This document shows, in pieces, positions 46,187-55,643 of a stretch of DNA of 64,000 bases. Position 1 is the first letter of the stretch; the number at the start of each line of letters is the position of its first letter. The DNA lies in the NCBI GenBank assembly GCA_963850865.1, contig CAWKMZ010000007.1:282845-346844 (forward strand), given 5' to 3'. This stretch comes from an uncultured Acidobacteriaceae bacterium. Its GTDB lineage: Bacteria; Acidobacteriota; Terriglobia; Terriglobales; Acidobacteriaceae. Position numbers and translations under genes: made by a program. The notes under the pieces are model-generated. The model saw nothing but the letters and a program-made list of their open reading frames with translations. It was not told the origin of the DNA and ran no database searches.

Positions 46187-46912
46187 CTATTTCGCGGGGA
46201 CCGCGGCGGGCGTTTCATCTTCGTCGCCCGTGTCTTCCACCAGCACGGCCGAGCCGGGGACGATGTCGTAGCTTACCGCATCCGTGCCCGCGGGATGAAA
46301 TGTGATTCGGAGAGGCTCGCGCTGCCAGTCGGGAGGCGCGCAAACGGGGTCGGGGTGATTTTCAGGGTCGAAAGCCGCGAGCTTTTTGGCCAGGACCGGC
46401 TTGCGGGCGGCGATTTGCGCGACCACGGCATAAAGGCTCTTGCGGGTGGGAGTGACGCCGCAGTAGGCAGCGTAGTCGCGGAACCAGCTCACCTGGCTCG
46501 CGCCGGGGTCGTAGTCGGGCAGGCGGAGCGCGGTCTCGCGACCAGTAACACGGTCGACCAGCAACCACGGCCCGCGCTGCCACACCCAGTGCTCCTTTTG
46601 AGCCGCGGGCTTGTCAGTGGGCAACGCGTCGTTGAGCCGGATGACGCGCCGCACCACGAAGCTGCGATCGGTCACATCGTGCGCGTCACCGGTGGTCCAC
46701 TCTTTCAGGACTCCGTCGACGAAGAGGGCGCGGATCTTCAAAGCGTCTTCGCCCGCGGAGGCGGCGGCCGGGTCACCGGCTTTGGAGTACGGCACGCTTT
46801 TGGTTGCGCCGAGAACGACGATATGTTTTTTCCGTTCCGCTGCGTGCGTAAGAGGCGCGATGCTTAATGTTGCCAACAGTGCCAAAGCCGAAAAAACGGC
46901 AGTCTTGCTCAT
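46187..46912 (-). CDS. Secreted hypothetical protein
   Basis: Has the signal peptide MSKTAVFSALALLATLSIAPLTHA. 241 aa. Its start is 12 nt after the gatA stop. No family recognised. Confidence 0.7.
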   Translation of the reverse strand: MSKTAVFSALALLATLSIAPLTHAAERKKHIVVLGATKSVPYSKAGDPAAASAGEDALKIRALFVDGVLKEWTTGDAHDVTDRSFVVRRVIRLNDALPTDKPAAQKEHWVWQRGPWLLVDRVTGRETALRLPDYDPGASQVSWFRDYAAYCGVTPTRKSLYAVVAQIAARKPVLAKKLAAFDPENHPDPVCAPPDWQREPLRITFHPAGTDAVSYDIVPGSAVLVEDTGDEDETPAAVPAK

Positions 46913-46924
46913 GGCCCTTGCTCC

Positions 46925-48391
46925 TCAAATTCCCGCAGCCTCCACGGCGCGCGCCACGCGGAATGCGGTGCTCTCGCCCATGGGCCGGGCAAGCACCTGC
47001 ATCCCTACGGGCAGGCCGGTTCGGGTCGCGCCGCATGGAACCGAAACACCGCAGATGCCGGCCAGGCTGGCGGTGACGGTGTAGATGTCGGCGAGATACA
47101 TGGCGAGCGGATCGCCGGTTTTCTCGCCGAGCTTGAACGCGGGGAAGGGCGAGGTGGGCGTAACGATGGCGTCGACCTGAGCAAAGGCGCGCAGGAATTC
47201 TTCGGCCAGAAGGCGGCGAACCTGCTGCGCCTTGAGGTAGTACGCGTCATAATACCCGGCCGAAAGCGCGTAGGTTCCGAGGAAGATGCGGCGCTTGACC
47301 TCGGCGCCGAAGCCCTCGTCGCGAGAATGCGAGTACATGGCGGAGAGCGTGGCAGAGTTGGCCGAGCGGTAGCCGTATCGCACTCCGTCAAAGCGGGCGA
47401 GGTTGGCGCTGGCCTCGGCCGTGGCCACCAGATAGTAGGTGGGTACGGCGTATTTGGTGTGCGGCAGCGAGATGGGCTTGATGGCGCACCCGGCGGCCTC
47501 GATCGCGGCAATTCCCTTTTCGACAGCGGCGCGGACCTCGGGATCGAGTCCTTCGGCGAAGTATTCGGCCGGCACGCCGATGCGCAGGCCCGCAGGAGGC
47601 TTGTCGCTTTCCGCGGCAAAGTCCGGCACCGGAGCCGGGGAACTGGTTGCGTCGCAAGGGTCATGGCCGGCAATGACGCCCAGCAGCGTGGCGGCATCGT
47701 GAACGTTCGCGGCAAGGGGGCCGATGCGGTCGAGCGAAGAGGCAAAGGCGATAAGGCCGTAGCGCGAAACGCGGCCGTAGGTGGGCAGCACGCCGACCAC
47801 ACCGCAAAAGCTTGCCGGCTGGCGAATGGAGCCGCCCGTGTCGGTTCCCAGCGTGGCCACGGCCAGGTTGGCTGCTACGGCCGCCGCCGAGCCGCCGCTG
47901 GAGCCGCCCGGAACGCGCTCCGGATCGACGGGATTGCGCACTGGCCCGTAGGCGGAGTTCTCGTTTGAGGAGCCCATGGCAAACTCGTCGCAATTCGTCT
48001 TGCCCAGAAGCACCGCGCCGGCGGCCTCGAGCCTGGCGACTGCCGTGCAATCGTAGGGCGGGCGATAGCCTTGAAGGATTTTGGAGCCAGCCGTCGACGG
48101 CGCTCCCTGCGTGACGAGAACGTCCTTAATGCCCACGGGAATGCCGGCGAGCGGCGGGAGCGGGTCGCCCTTGGCGGCCATCGCGTCAATGCGCGTGGCC
48201 TGCTCGAATGCGCGCTCTTTGGTGAGGCTCAGGAAGACGTTCAGCCGCGGGTTGAGCTTCTCAATGCGCTCGTAATATCCGGCGGCGAGATCGGCGGCCT
48301 TGGTGCGGCCGGCGGAGATCTCCGCGCGGAGAGCGGCAAGCGTTTTGGGCCGTTCGACAAAACTCTCAGCGGTCATGATCTCGCTCGGCAA
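46925..48391 (-). CDS. gatA: Glutamyl/aspartyl-tRNA amidotransferase subunit A
   Basis: Has the amidase signature GGSSGGSAAAVAA, plus DTGGSIRQPA. Confidence 0.95.
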   Translation of the reverse strand: MPSEIMTAESFVERPKTLAALRAEISAGRTKAADLAAGYYERIEKLNPRLNVFLSLTKERAFEQATRIDAMAAKGDPLPPLAGIPVGIKDVLVTQGAPSTAGSKILQGYRPPYDCTAVARLEAAGAVLLGKTNCDEFAMGSSNENSAYGPVRNPVDPERVPGGSSGGSAAAVAANLAVATLGTDTGGSIRQPASFCGVVGVLPTYGRVSRYGLIAFASSLDRIGPLAANVHDAATLLGVIAGHDPCDATSSPAPVPDFAAESDKPPAGLRIGVPAEYFAEGLDPEVRAAVEKGIAAIEAAGCAIKPISLPHTKYAVPTYYLVATAEASANLARFDGVRYGYRSANSATLSAMYSHSRDEGFGAEVKRRIFLGTYALSAGYYDAYYLKAQQVRRLLAEEFLRAFAQVDAIVTPTSPFPAFKLGEKTGDPLAMYLADIYTVTASLAGICGVSVPCGATRTGLPVGMQVLARPMGESTAFRVARAVEAAGI

Positions 48392-48456
48392 TTCGGATTT
48401 CCCTGTTCGGATCGATGTTCGTTCTGGGGGCCCGTTCCGGTGGACGGGGCTCTGTT

Positions 48457-48765
48457 TTATCGTTCGATGACTTTGGGTACCTTGAAAAAAGCCTGGTCGG
48501 TCTCCGGCGCCTGCTGCATGACAACTGCGCGATTGAGCGAAGGCCGCACATGGTCGGGGCGGAGAGCGGCGATGCCATCGCCTGTAACCTCGCTCATCTG
48601 GGCGAGGGGCAAGACGTTCGATGTATCCAGCTCATTCAGCTCGGCCACATAGTCGAGGATGGCATTCAGGTCGCGTACCATCGGCCCCGTCTCCTCAGGC
48701 GCGAGTTCCAGATGAGCCAATTCGGCCACGCGTTGCACGTCTTCGACGGTTACTTTTTCAGACAT
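48457..48765 (-). CDS. gatC: Glutamyl/aspartyl-tRNA amidotransferase subunit C
   Basis: Reads MSEKVTVEDVQRVAELAHLEL...LNAILDYV. The start is set at ATG 48765. Confidence 0.9.
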   Translation of the reverse strand: MSEKVTVEDVQRVAELAHLELAPEETGPMVRDLNAILDYVAELNELDTSNVLPLAQMSEVTGDGIAALRPDHVRPSLNRAVVMQQAPETDQAFFKVPKVIER

Positions 48766-48824
48766 TTTGATTTTCGTCTCGAAACTCAAGTATAGCGGTT
48801 TGATGATCGCGAAATGCACGGTTT

Positions 48825-51800
48825 TCAGTCGACTGTCAGAGTCAGATTCACCGATTGCGAGATGCCCATGGAGGTGACGCTGACCGGAATTGTGTATGTC
48901 CCCGGCGCCGTATTGGAGCCGCCGCCGCTGCCGCTTGAACCACCGCCCGTGCCTCCACCGGAACTGGTGCAGCTGGAGACGCCGCCCACAAAAAAAGCAG
49001 CCAGCGGGACGAGCAAGAATAGATTGCGGCGCCTGCGAACCGCAAAAGGAAGCACGAACAACCCGCAGGCCAGCGGCAGCGCGAACCCGAAGCCGAGCCC
49101 GTTGAATCCGGGCTTCGCGGTCTTCGGTCTGGCGATGCCGGATTTTTCGAGACCAGCCGTCGGTGCGTGGCCCGTGGAGATTTCGACCGCGACGTCGCCC
49201 AGGACGCCGGCGCTGAGCGTCTCGTTGGCGGGACTAAAGAGGCAAAGCGCGTTTGTGGGCAGCGTGCCGCAGGAAAAAGCAAAGGTGGCGCCGGAGCCGA
49301 CGGGCGAAATGACCAGTGTGTAGGTGGCCTGCTGCCCGCTTGCGACGGTCTGGCTCGTTGAGCCGGTAATCGCCACAGTGAAATCGAATCCGGTTCCTGA
49401 AAGCGCCACGGTGGCTGGCGTGGAAACGGCGGAAGAAGTGACGGTGAGCGATCCCAAAGCGGAGCCGCCTGCGCCGGGCTGAAAGACAACCGACGCGGAA
49501 CAGTTATCGCCCGCTGCAAGGGCGCCCGTGCACGAATTTTGCGAGATGCTGAACGGCGCAGGAGCGGCGAGCGCGATAGAAGCGATGGCGTAATTGGAGG
49601 AATTTGTGATGGTCACTGGCTGAGCGGTGCTGGACTGACCCGCTGCAACTACGGGAAATGCGATCTGAGAGGGATTTGTGGCCAGGCCGGCTGCGAGCTG
49701 GCCCGAACCATTGAGCGGCACCGAAGCTGGAGCAACTCCCAAAGTGGAAGAAGAGACAGCAAGCGTGGCCGCGATGACGCCCGTCGCGCTCGGCGTGAAG
49801 ACGATCTGCAAGGTGCAACTACTTCCGTTATTGAGCAACGCTCCGCAAGTGGTCCCGGCGATGGAGTAGCTGGACGCCGCGGCGCCGGTGATGGAAAAAC
49901 CGACATTGGCCAAAGACGAGCCGCCGATGTTGCCAATGGTGAGCGTTTGCGGGGCACTGGGTACGCCAGGCTGCTGGTTGGTGAAGGTCAGGCTGGAAGG
50001 GCTGACGCTGAAAACGGCCGGCGAAAGCCCTGAGCCGCTCAAGGCCACGGTCTGCGTGCGTAGCGCGTCGGTAATCGTCAGCGAGCCGGTGACCGCGCCT
50101 ACCTGGGAGGGAGCAAAGATGACGCTGATGGTGCAGACCGCGCCCGCCGCCAGTTGCGCTCCGCATGTGCCCGACACCTGGAATTGGGGGCTGGCCGAGA
50201 TGGAAATCGAGGTCAGCGGCAAGCCGCCGGAGTTTGTCAGCGTCACATTCTCCGCGGCGGAGAGCTGGCCCTCCGAGGTTGGCGGAAACGAAAGCGATAT
50301 GGGATTGAGGACGTCGGCGGGAGGAGCGATTCCCGTTCCGGTCAGTTCCACGGTTTGCGTGCCCGCACCATCCGTAAAGGTCAGCAGTCCGGACGCGGGG
50401 CCATCCTGCGTCGGCGCAAATTCTACTTCCAACTGGCAGACGGAGTTTGCGGTCAGGCTGGATGTGCCACACGAGTTGGCAGTGAGGATGAACGGCGGGG
50501 TGATGGAGATGCTGCTCAAGAGAATCGCCGTCGCACTGCTGTTCGCCGCGGAGATCTGGAGCGGCGCCGACACGGTTCCAACTTCCACCTGGCCGAAGGG
50601 TACGGACGCGGGGATGAGGCTTACGACGCCTGCGGGCGAGCCGGTTCCGGTCAGGTCGATCACAAGCTGCCCACCGTAGACGTTGGCGTAGATGGTCATT
50701 TCCCCGCTCAGCGGGCCCGTGGCTTGCGGCGTAAATGTCACCTGGAGGTCGCAGGTCGCGCCCACCGCGACGGACGCATTCACACAGTTGTCAGTTTCGC
50801 TGAAATCTACACTCATCGAAATGGAGGAGACCGTGAGCGCGAGATTGCCGGTGTTGTTGAGCGCAATGGTCAGCGGACTACTGGAGGTGTCAAAGACCTG
50901 ACTGGGAAAAGCGAGAGTCGAGGGGCTGGCGGCGGCGACAGTAAGGCCCGTCCCTGCGCTCCATAGCGGGGCTTGCCAGAGTCCGCGCCCGTAGGTGGCT
51001 GCCACCAGAACTTGCGCGGAAGAAGAACTGGGAGCGGCGTTTAGTGCAACGACCGGAGAGCTGGGTAAGCCGGAGCCAAACACTGACCAGCAGTTGGAAA
51101 GGGATTGCGCACAGCTCGCAACTTCGGTTGTGAAGTACACTCCCTGGTCAGTGGCGACATATACCGTGTTCGCATTCTGGGGGTCGACGGCAAGGCTGTT
51201 GGCAGGCGCGATTGGCAAATTCGCTGAAATGCTGTTCCAGGTGGCTCCTCCATTCGTCGAGCGGTACACCACCTGGAGTCTTTCGTAAGGATTATCGGTG
51301 CCTTCCACCGTTACGTAGACGGTGTTGCCTGTGGGGTCGTGCGTGTCGATGACAATGCTGGAAATGTCAAAGTTTTCGAAGTTCAACGGATGGGGGTTGT
51401 TGAGAACGGGATTCAGCGTGAGATCGTGCCACACGGGCGCAACGCGGGAGGTCAGATCGAGGGTCGCGCTCAGAATGTGGCCCGGCAAGTTGCCGCCATT
51501 GCTGGCTGCGCCATACATACCGGCGTAGATGACCTCGCCGCTGGGAGGGAGCGGCAGGGCAGCGATCGACCGTATAAGGCCATCGCCATTGCATGGAACG
51601 CCGGTAGCTCCGCTCGAGAGGATCGGGCTAATGGCGTTGCTTGCGCTCCAACTGCCGCTATTGGCCGGCCCGCGCCACACGCGACAAGTTGCGATGAGCA
51701 ATTGAGAGTCGTCCAGCGGGTCGACCAGAAACGGCGCTGCTGTCGGCATCGCATTGCCGTCGCCGCCGACGTCCGCGTCCGCGATCACCGGGCTCGTGCC

Positions 51801-53846
51801 AAATGAGCTGGGCGTGCAGGGGGCCGATTGCGAGCAACGATAGATGGCCACTCCAGGCTGATTGTTTACATACCAATTCGTGTCATTCGCAAGGTCGATG
51901 GCGACGGGGCCGCCGTAACCGGAGAGAATCTGCGGCCAGTCCGAGGTCTGCGAGGAACTCTTCACGCCCGCGGTTCCGTTGACGCCCAGGCCAGCCATCA
52001 GCTTGTATGGCGAGTCTGTAACGGGCGACAGGCTGACGGTCTCGGCAAGCGATCCCAAGCTTCCGTTGAGGTTCTGGTAGTGCGTGGCATCCGTTGCCGC
52101 GCAGGGCGATCCTGATTCGCCAATTGCGTCCGTCGAGCGCCAGAGCCCGCTGTCGTTGCCGAGAAAAACCTCCAACGGGTTGGCCGCGTTCCAAGCGAGC
52201 GAGTGCTGGTATTCAGCCACCTGTGCGCTCATGCAGGTGGTGGAGTTGGTGGTGTTGCGCCAAACGCAACCCATGGCGAGGCTGCACTTCCACAGATCAT
52301 TGGCGCCGGCCAGCACAAATGTGTCCTGCTGATTCGGAACCGCAGCAAGGGCGAGGTTATAGTCGCCGTCGAGAATGGTGGCAGCACCCTCGAGAGTGCT
52401 GGCTTCAAGAGGTGCAGTATTCCACTGCGTGGCAAAGGAGATGGTCGGATTGCTGCAAGTCCCCGCGACGATCGCGCATCGATCCTGCCATAACCCCTGA
52501 TCCTGATTGTTCAGGTCCACGGTCCACGCAAACGTGTCCCCGGTTTGCGGATTGACCGCGAGCGCGCCGCGATAGATGGGACAGGCGATGGATCCAGCCT
52601 GTCCGGCATTGGCTGGACACATTTGGGTGGTGAGGCCGGTGCCTGGTTGCGCGGTCATGCGCGTCCAGGTAACGCCGTCTGGCGACTGATAGTAACCGTG
52701 ATAGCGCATCGCAGCCACAAACAACTGACGCACGGGGTTCCACACCACTGCGGTAGCAGCGATGCCCAGCGCGGGAGGACTCGTTGCTGGCCCCTGGAGG
52801 ATTTCTCCGCTGCCGTCGGTGATCGTGCTCAGGTGCCAGGTCGCGCCGCTATCCGCGGAGTAATACAAGCCCTGGTATGTGGTGAGCGGCCAATCGGCAT
52901 CGACCAAAGTGCCTTCATAGGCTTCGGAAACTGCCGCTACAACAAGTTGCGGATTCACAGTACTCCAGGCGAAACCGGCAAAGCCCTCGCCGATGAATCT
53001 GGCATCCGTGAGGCTCATGCCCTCTTCCTGATCGACGGTCTCCTGGATCAGACTCCACGTGTTGCCGCCGTCTGTGGAGCGTAGAATGCCGGCGCCGTAG
53101 TACGAATCGAGGACGTCGTTAGGGTCGCCGGTGCCGGCCAGGATGACGCCGGTTCCACCCGGCTGCACAGTGAGAGCGCCGATGCTGATGGACGCATCGG
53201 AGGCTCCGGCGAGCACAGCCAGCGAGTCAGTGAGCGGAGTGAAGACGATGGACGAGGGCGTGGACGCCGCGGCGTTGTTGGCCACCCAAACGCCGCCGCC
53301 GGTGGTGCCTGCGTAAAGGCGGTTGCCGGTCACGTCAGAAGGATCGAGAGCCAGCGCGGAGATGCGTCCGGTGACGAGGCCAAAGTTTGGCGTCTGGACC
53401 GCCGCGGGTCCGAGGGGCTGCCAGGTACTGACCGACGCGGTACTGGCAACGCTCTGGATACGCGGCACGGCGCCGCTCGGCGATGCGCCGAAAGTTGGAG
53501 GGCCCATATGGCGGACGGCGCCCGCCCGTGGCGCCAATCGATGACCCGGCGTCCACCCGCGCTCCCGAAGAAAACGCTGAGCTTCAAGAACGCGAGGCGG
53601 GACGCGAACAGACCGGGTTGCTTGGTGGCCCGACGGTTTGGCTGGCACGATGGGAGCTGGCGATTGGGCTGCGGTTGGGACGGCCGGCAGATGCGCCAGA
53701 AGGCATGCGGCGAGCACAGCGCGGGCCCACGCGCCACGGATCGAGTGTTGGCGATAGGTACGTCGCTCGGGCCGCCGGACTCGATTCCCTGCACTCCCCT
53801 TTCGGGCGGTGCGCTTCGATTTCGGATCGAACATTGGATTCGTCAC
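48825..53846 (-). CDS. Giant secreted protein: tandem BNR/Asp-box beta-propellers (sortilin/GH74-like), about 7-8 Ig-like repeats, and a C-terminal membrane hairpin with terminal beta domain
   Basis: 1673-aa uninterrupted ORF. Has Asp-boxes STDGGNTWS, SADSGATWH, SPDGVTWT and STNGGATWN. Repeated units of about 95 aa follow the pattern L.F....G..S....VTL.N.G...L.I.S....F....C...LA.G..C...V.F.P. Has an N-terminal signal-like segment. GTG start. Confidence 0.9.
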   Translation of the reverse strand: MTNPMFDPKSKRTARKGSAGNRVRRPERRTYRQHSIRGAWARAVLAACLLAHLPAVPTAAQSPAPIVPAKPSGHQATRSVRVPPRVLEAQRFLRERGWTPGHRLAPRAGAVRHMGPPTFGASPSGAVPRIQSVASTASVSTWQPLGPAAVQTPNFGLVTGRISALALDPSDVTGNRLYAGTTGGGVWVANNAAASTPSSIVFTPLTDSLAVLAGASDASISIGALTVQPGGTGVILAGTGDPNDVLDSYYGAGILRSTDGGNTWSLIQETVDQEEGMSLTDARFIGEGFAGFAWSTVNPQLVVAAVSEAYEGTLVDADWPLTTYQGLYYSADSGATWHLSTITDGSGEILQGPATSPPALGIAATAVVWNPVRQLFVAAMRYHGYYQSPDGVTWTRMTAQPGTGLTTQMCPANAGQAGSIACPIYRGALAVNPQTGDTFAWTVDLNNQDQGLWQDRCAIVAGTCSNPTISFATQWNTAPLEASTLEGAATILDGDYNLALAAVPNQQDTFVLAGANDLWKCSLAMGCVWRNTTNSTTCMSAQVAEYQHSLAWNAANPLEVFLGNDSGLWRSTDAIGESGSPCAATDATHYQNLNGSLGSLAETVSLSPVTDSPYKLMAGLGVNGTAGVKSSSQTSDWPQILSGYGGPVAIDLANDTNWYVNNQPGVAIYRCSQSAPCTPSSFGTSPVIADADVGGDGNAMPTAAPFLVDPLDDSQLLIATCRVWRGPANSGSWSASNAISPILSSGATGVPCNGDGLIRSIAALPLPPSGEVIYAGMYGAASNGGNLPGHILSATLDLTSRVAPVWHDLTLNPVLNNPHPLNFENFDISSIVIDTHDPTGNTVYVTVEGTDNPYERLQVVYRSTNGGATWNSISANLPIAPANSLAVDPQNANTVYVATDQGVYFTTEVASCAQSLSNCWSVFGSGLPSSPVVALNAAPSSSSAQVLVAATYGRGLWQAPLWSAGTGLTVAAASPSTLAFPSQVFDTSSSPLTIALNNTGNLALTVSSISMSVDFSETDNCVNASVAVGATCDLQVTFTPQATGPLSGEMTIYANVYGGQLVIDLTGTGSPAGVVSLIPASVPFGQVEVGTVSAPLQISAANSSATAILLSSISITPPFILTANSCGTSSLTANSVCQLEVEFAPTQDGPASGLLTFTDGAGTQTVELTGTGIAPPADVLNPISLSFPPTSEGQLSAAENVTLTNSGGLPLTSISISASPQFQVSGTCGAQLAAGAVCTISVIFAPSQVGAVTGSLTITDALRTQTVALSGSGLSPAVFSVSPSSLTFTNQQPGVPSAPQTLTIGNIGGSSLANVGFSITGAAASSYSIAGTTCGALLNNGSSCTLQIVFTPSATGVIAATLAVSSSTLGVAPASVPLNGSGQLAAGLATNPSQIAFPVVAAGQSSTAQPVTITNSSNYAIASIALAAPAPFSISQNSCTGALAAGDNCSASVVFQPGAGGSALGSLTVTSSAVSTPATVALSGTGFDFTVAITGSTSQTVASGQQATYTLVISPVGSGATFAFSCGTLPTNALCLFSPANETLSAGVLGDVAVEISTGHAPTAGLEKSGIARPKTAKPGFNGLGFGFALPLACGLFVLPFAVRRRRNLFLLVPLAAFFVGGVSSCTSSGGGTGGGSSGSGGGSNTAPGTYTIPVSVTSMGISQSVNLTLTVD

Positions 53847-54025
53847 GCGCTTCGCGACTTTGATTCCGCCTTCCCCTATTCTGAAAATCTTCCAATGGGG
53901 ATGAGCGCGGAATCGATCGGATAACGCTCAACGAAACACGCAATTTCCGGGAATGAGAATGTGGCCCATTATAGGACGATGACGACAGCGGCCAAATGTG
54001 ATCGCCGATACAACTGGGGACTGGA

Positions 54026-55438
54026 TCAGCGGTCAGCCTCACCGGAATGCAAACGGAGATTGCCGAATTTGCGAATGTATGCCTCGGAGTTGAATTTGCG
54101 GGAAAACGATGCAGCGGTCATCGGCCGCACCAAGCCGAATACCGGTCGATTGAACCAAGGGCGATCGAATTTGCCAACGATGGCCCAGGCGATCCCCGCG
54201 TAGCCGTTGGGGTCGCGGCCGTCGAGTTCGTATCGGTCATTCAGGATGACCGCCCAATCGAAGGCGGTCGCCGGGTCCGGCGCCCACTCGAGGATCTTCT
54301 TGGCCCAGTACATCCGCATATAGTTGTGCATCCAGCCTGTGGAGACCATCTGGCACTGCGCGGCATTCCAAAGATCGTCGTGCGTTTCGGCGTGCTCGAA
54401 TTGCTCCAGGGAATAACGAAATGGGCGCGGGTCGGAGGCATGCTCGAGAAGCGTCTTGCGTGCCCATGGCGCGGCGCATTCCCAGTTGTCGTAGTTCACT
54501 TCATGACGAACGAACAGTACAGCCAGTTCCCGCCAGCCGATGAGTTGCTCAAGGAATCTTTCACTGCTCTCGGATGAGATTCCCGACTCGCGCACGGCCT
54601 TCTGCACTGCGAGAGCAATCGTCAATGGTGAAATGTTGCCGAAATGCAGATACGGCGACAGGCAGCTCGTGCCTGCGGCCTCGGGGTGGTTGCGCATTTC
54701 ATCGTAGGACGCAAGGTCGTTTCTGATAAAAGTCCGCAGCCGTTTCAGAGCGGCGTGGGTTCCGCCGGTAAACGTGTCGACGGGACCGACCGAGCGGTCA
54801 AGCTTGGCGAATCCGGCGGTGATGTCGCCCGTGAGCGCGAAGGACGCGACAGGCTTTGGGGGTTGCCAGCGATAAAGGGGCTCTGCCTTCTTTGGAGCAA
54901 CGAGGAAATTGGGCAGCTCGGCCTTGAGTCTCGGGCGAAAATGATGCAACAGCACAAAACTGCGATTGAAGACGCGCGAAGGAACTACGACGTCGGCATC
55001 GACCGTCCAGTAGGGGATTCTGAGGCGGCGGGCGAGCACCTTGCGCGAGCGCTCCGGTTCGCGGCAGGGATTCTCGTCGCCAATGAGGAGCGCGGCCTGG
55101 ACCTCTTCAAGAAATGCCTCCAGCGAGGCTTCATGCGGCCGGCGCACGATAAACCCTACGCCCCGCTCCGCTGCATCCTGGGCGGCGTCGAGCAGTCCCT
55201 GCTGGAGGAAGTGGTAATGGCGGAGATTAGCGCCGGGGTAGTTGGAAACGACGCCGAAATAGACGACCACGGGCAGGCCGAGAATGTTGGCCGCGTCGAT
55301 GGCAATATCGAGGGCAGGGTTGTCCACAATGCGCACGGCTCGTTGCATCCAGTAAACGACCGAGCGCGCTGCCTTGAGGGGCGCACCGGCGCGGCGCACC
55401 AAAACGCGCGGCTGATCAGCCAACCGGGCGAGTTGCAT
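54026..55438 (-). CDS. phr: Deoxyribodipyrimidine photolyase, class II-like
   Basis: Reads RAVRIVDNPAL...; GWRELA; WMHNYMRMYWAKKILEW. The start is set at ATG 55438. The ORF is open to 55522. Confidence 0.9.
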   Translation of the reverse strand: MQLARLADQPRVLVRRAGAPLKAARSVVYWMQRAVRIVDNPALDIAIDAANILGLPVVVYFGVVSNYPGANLRHYHFLQQGLLDAAQDAAERGVGFIVRRPHEASLEAFLEEVQAALLIGDENPCREPERSRKVLARRLRIPYWTVDADVVVPSRVFNRSFVLLHHFRPRLKAELPNFLVAPKKAEPLYRWQPPKPVASFALTGDITAGFAKLDRSVGPVDTFTGGTHAALKRLRTFIRNDLASYDEMRNHPEAAGTSCLSPYLHFGNISPLTIALAVQKAVRESGISSESSERFLEQLIGWRELAVLFVRHEVNYDNWECAAPWARKTLLEHASDPRPFRYSLEQFEHAETHDDLWNAAQCQMVSTGWMHNYMRMYWAKKILEWAPDPATAFDWAVILNDRYELDGRDPNGYAGIAWAIVGKFDRPWFNRPVFGLVRPMTAASFSRKFNSEAYIRKFGNLRLHSGEADR

Positions 55439-55643
55439 TGGAATCTGGTCGTCTTCGAGCCTGGAACTCACCGTGCCTGTCTCCTGAAACCTGCTGCAAG
55501 GGCTGCCCAATTCCATCGGCACAGTCCTCGCAGAATCATCATGCTAAGGGTTGGCCGCCCCGGTTAGGATGAGTTGATTGCGCCTGATCTGTGCAAGACA
55601 GGCCTCTTTTCCATGCAGTTCATCTCAAGACTTGGGGTTTTTG

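Noticed and set aside
48990-49115. PEP-CTERM / classical C-terminal sorting signal on the giant protein
   Set aside because: There is no PEP motif, and the helix plus Arg cluster is not at the C-terminus: about 65 more residues follow. It is reported instead as an unusual hairpin module.
54644-55567. 307-aa plus-strand ORF opposite the photolyase gene
   Set aside because: It is an antisense shadow ORF. The photolyase motifs are on the minus strand.
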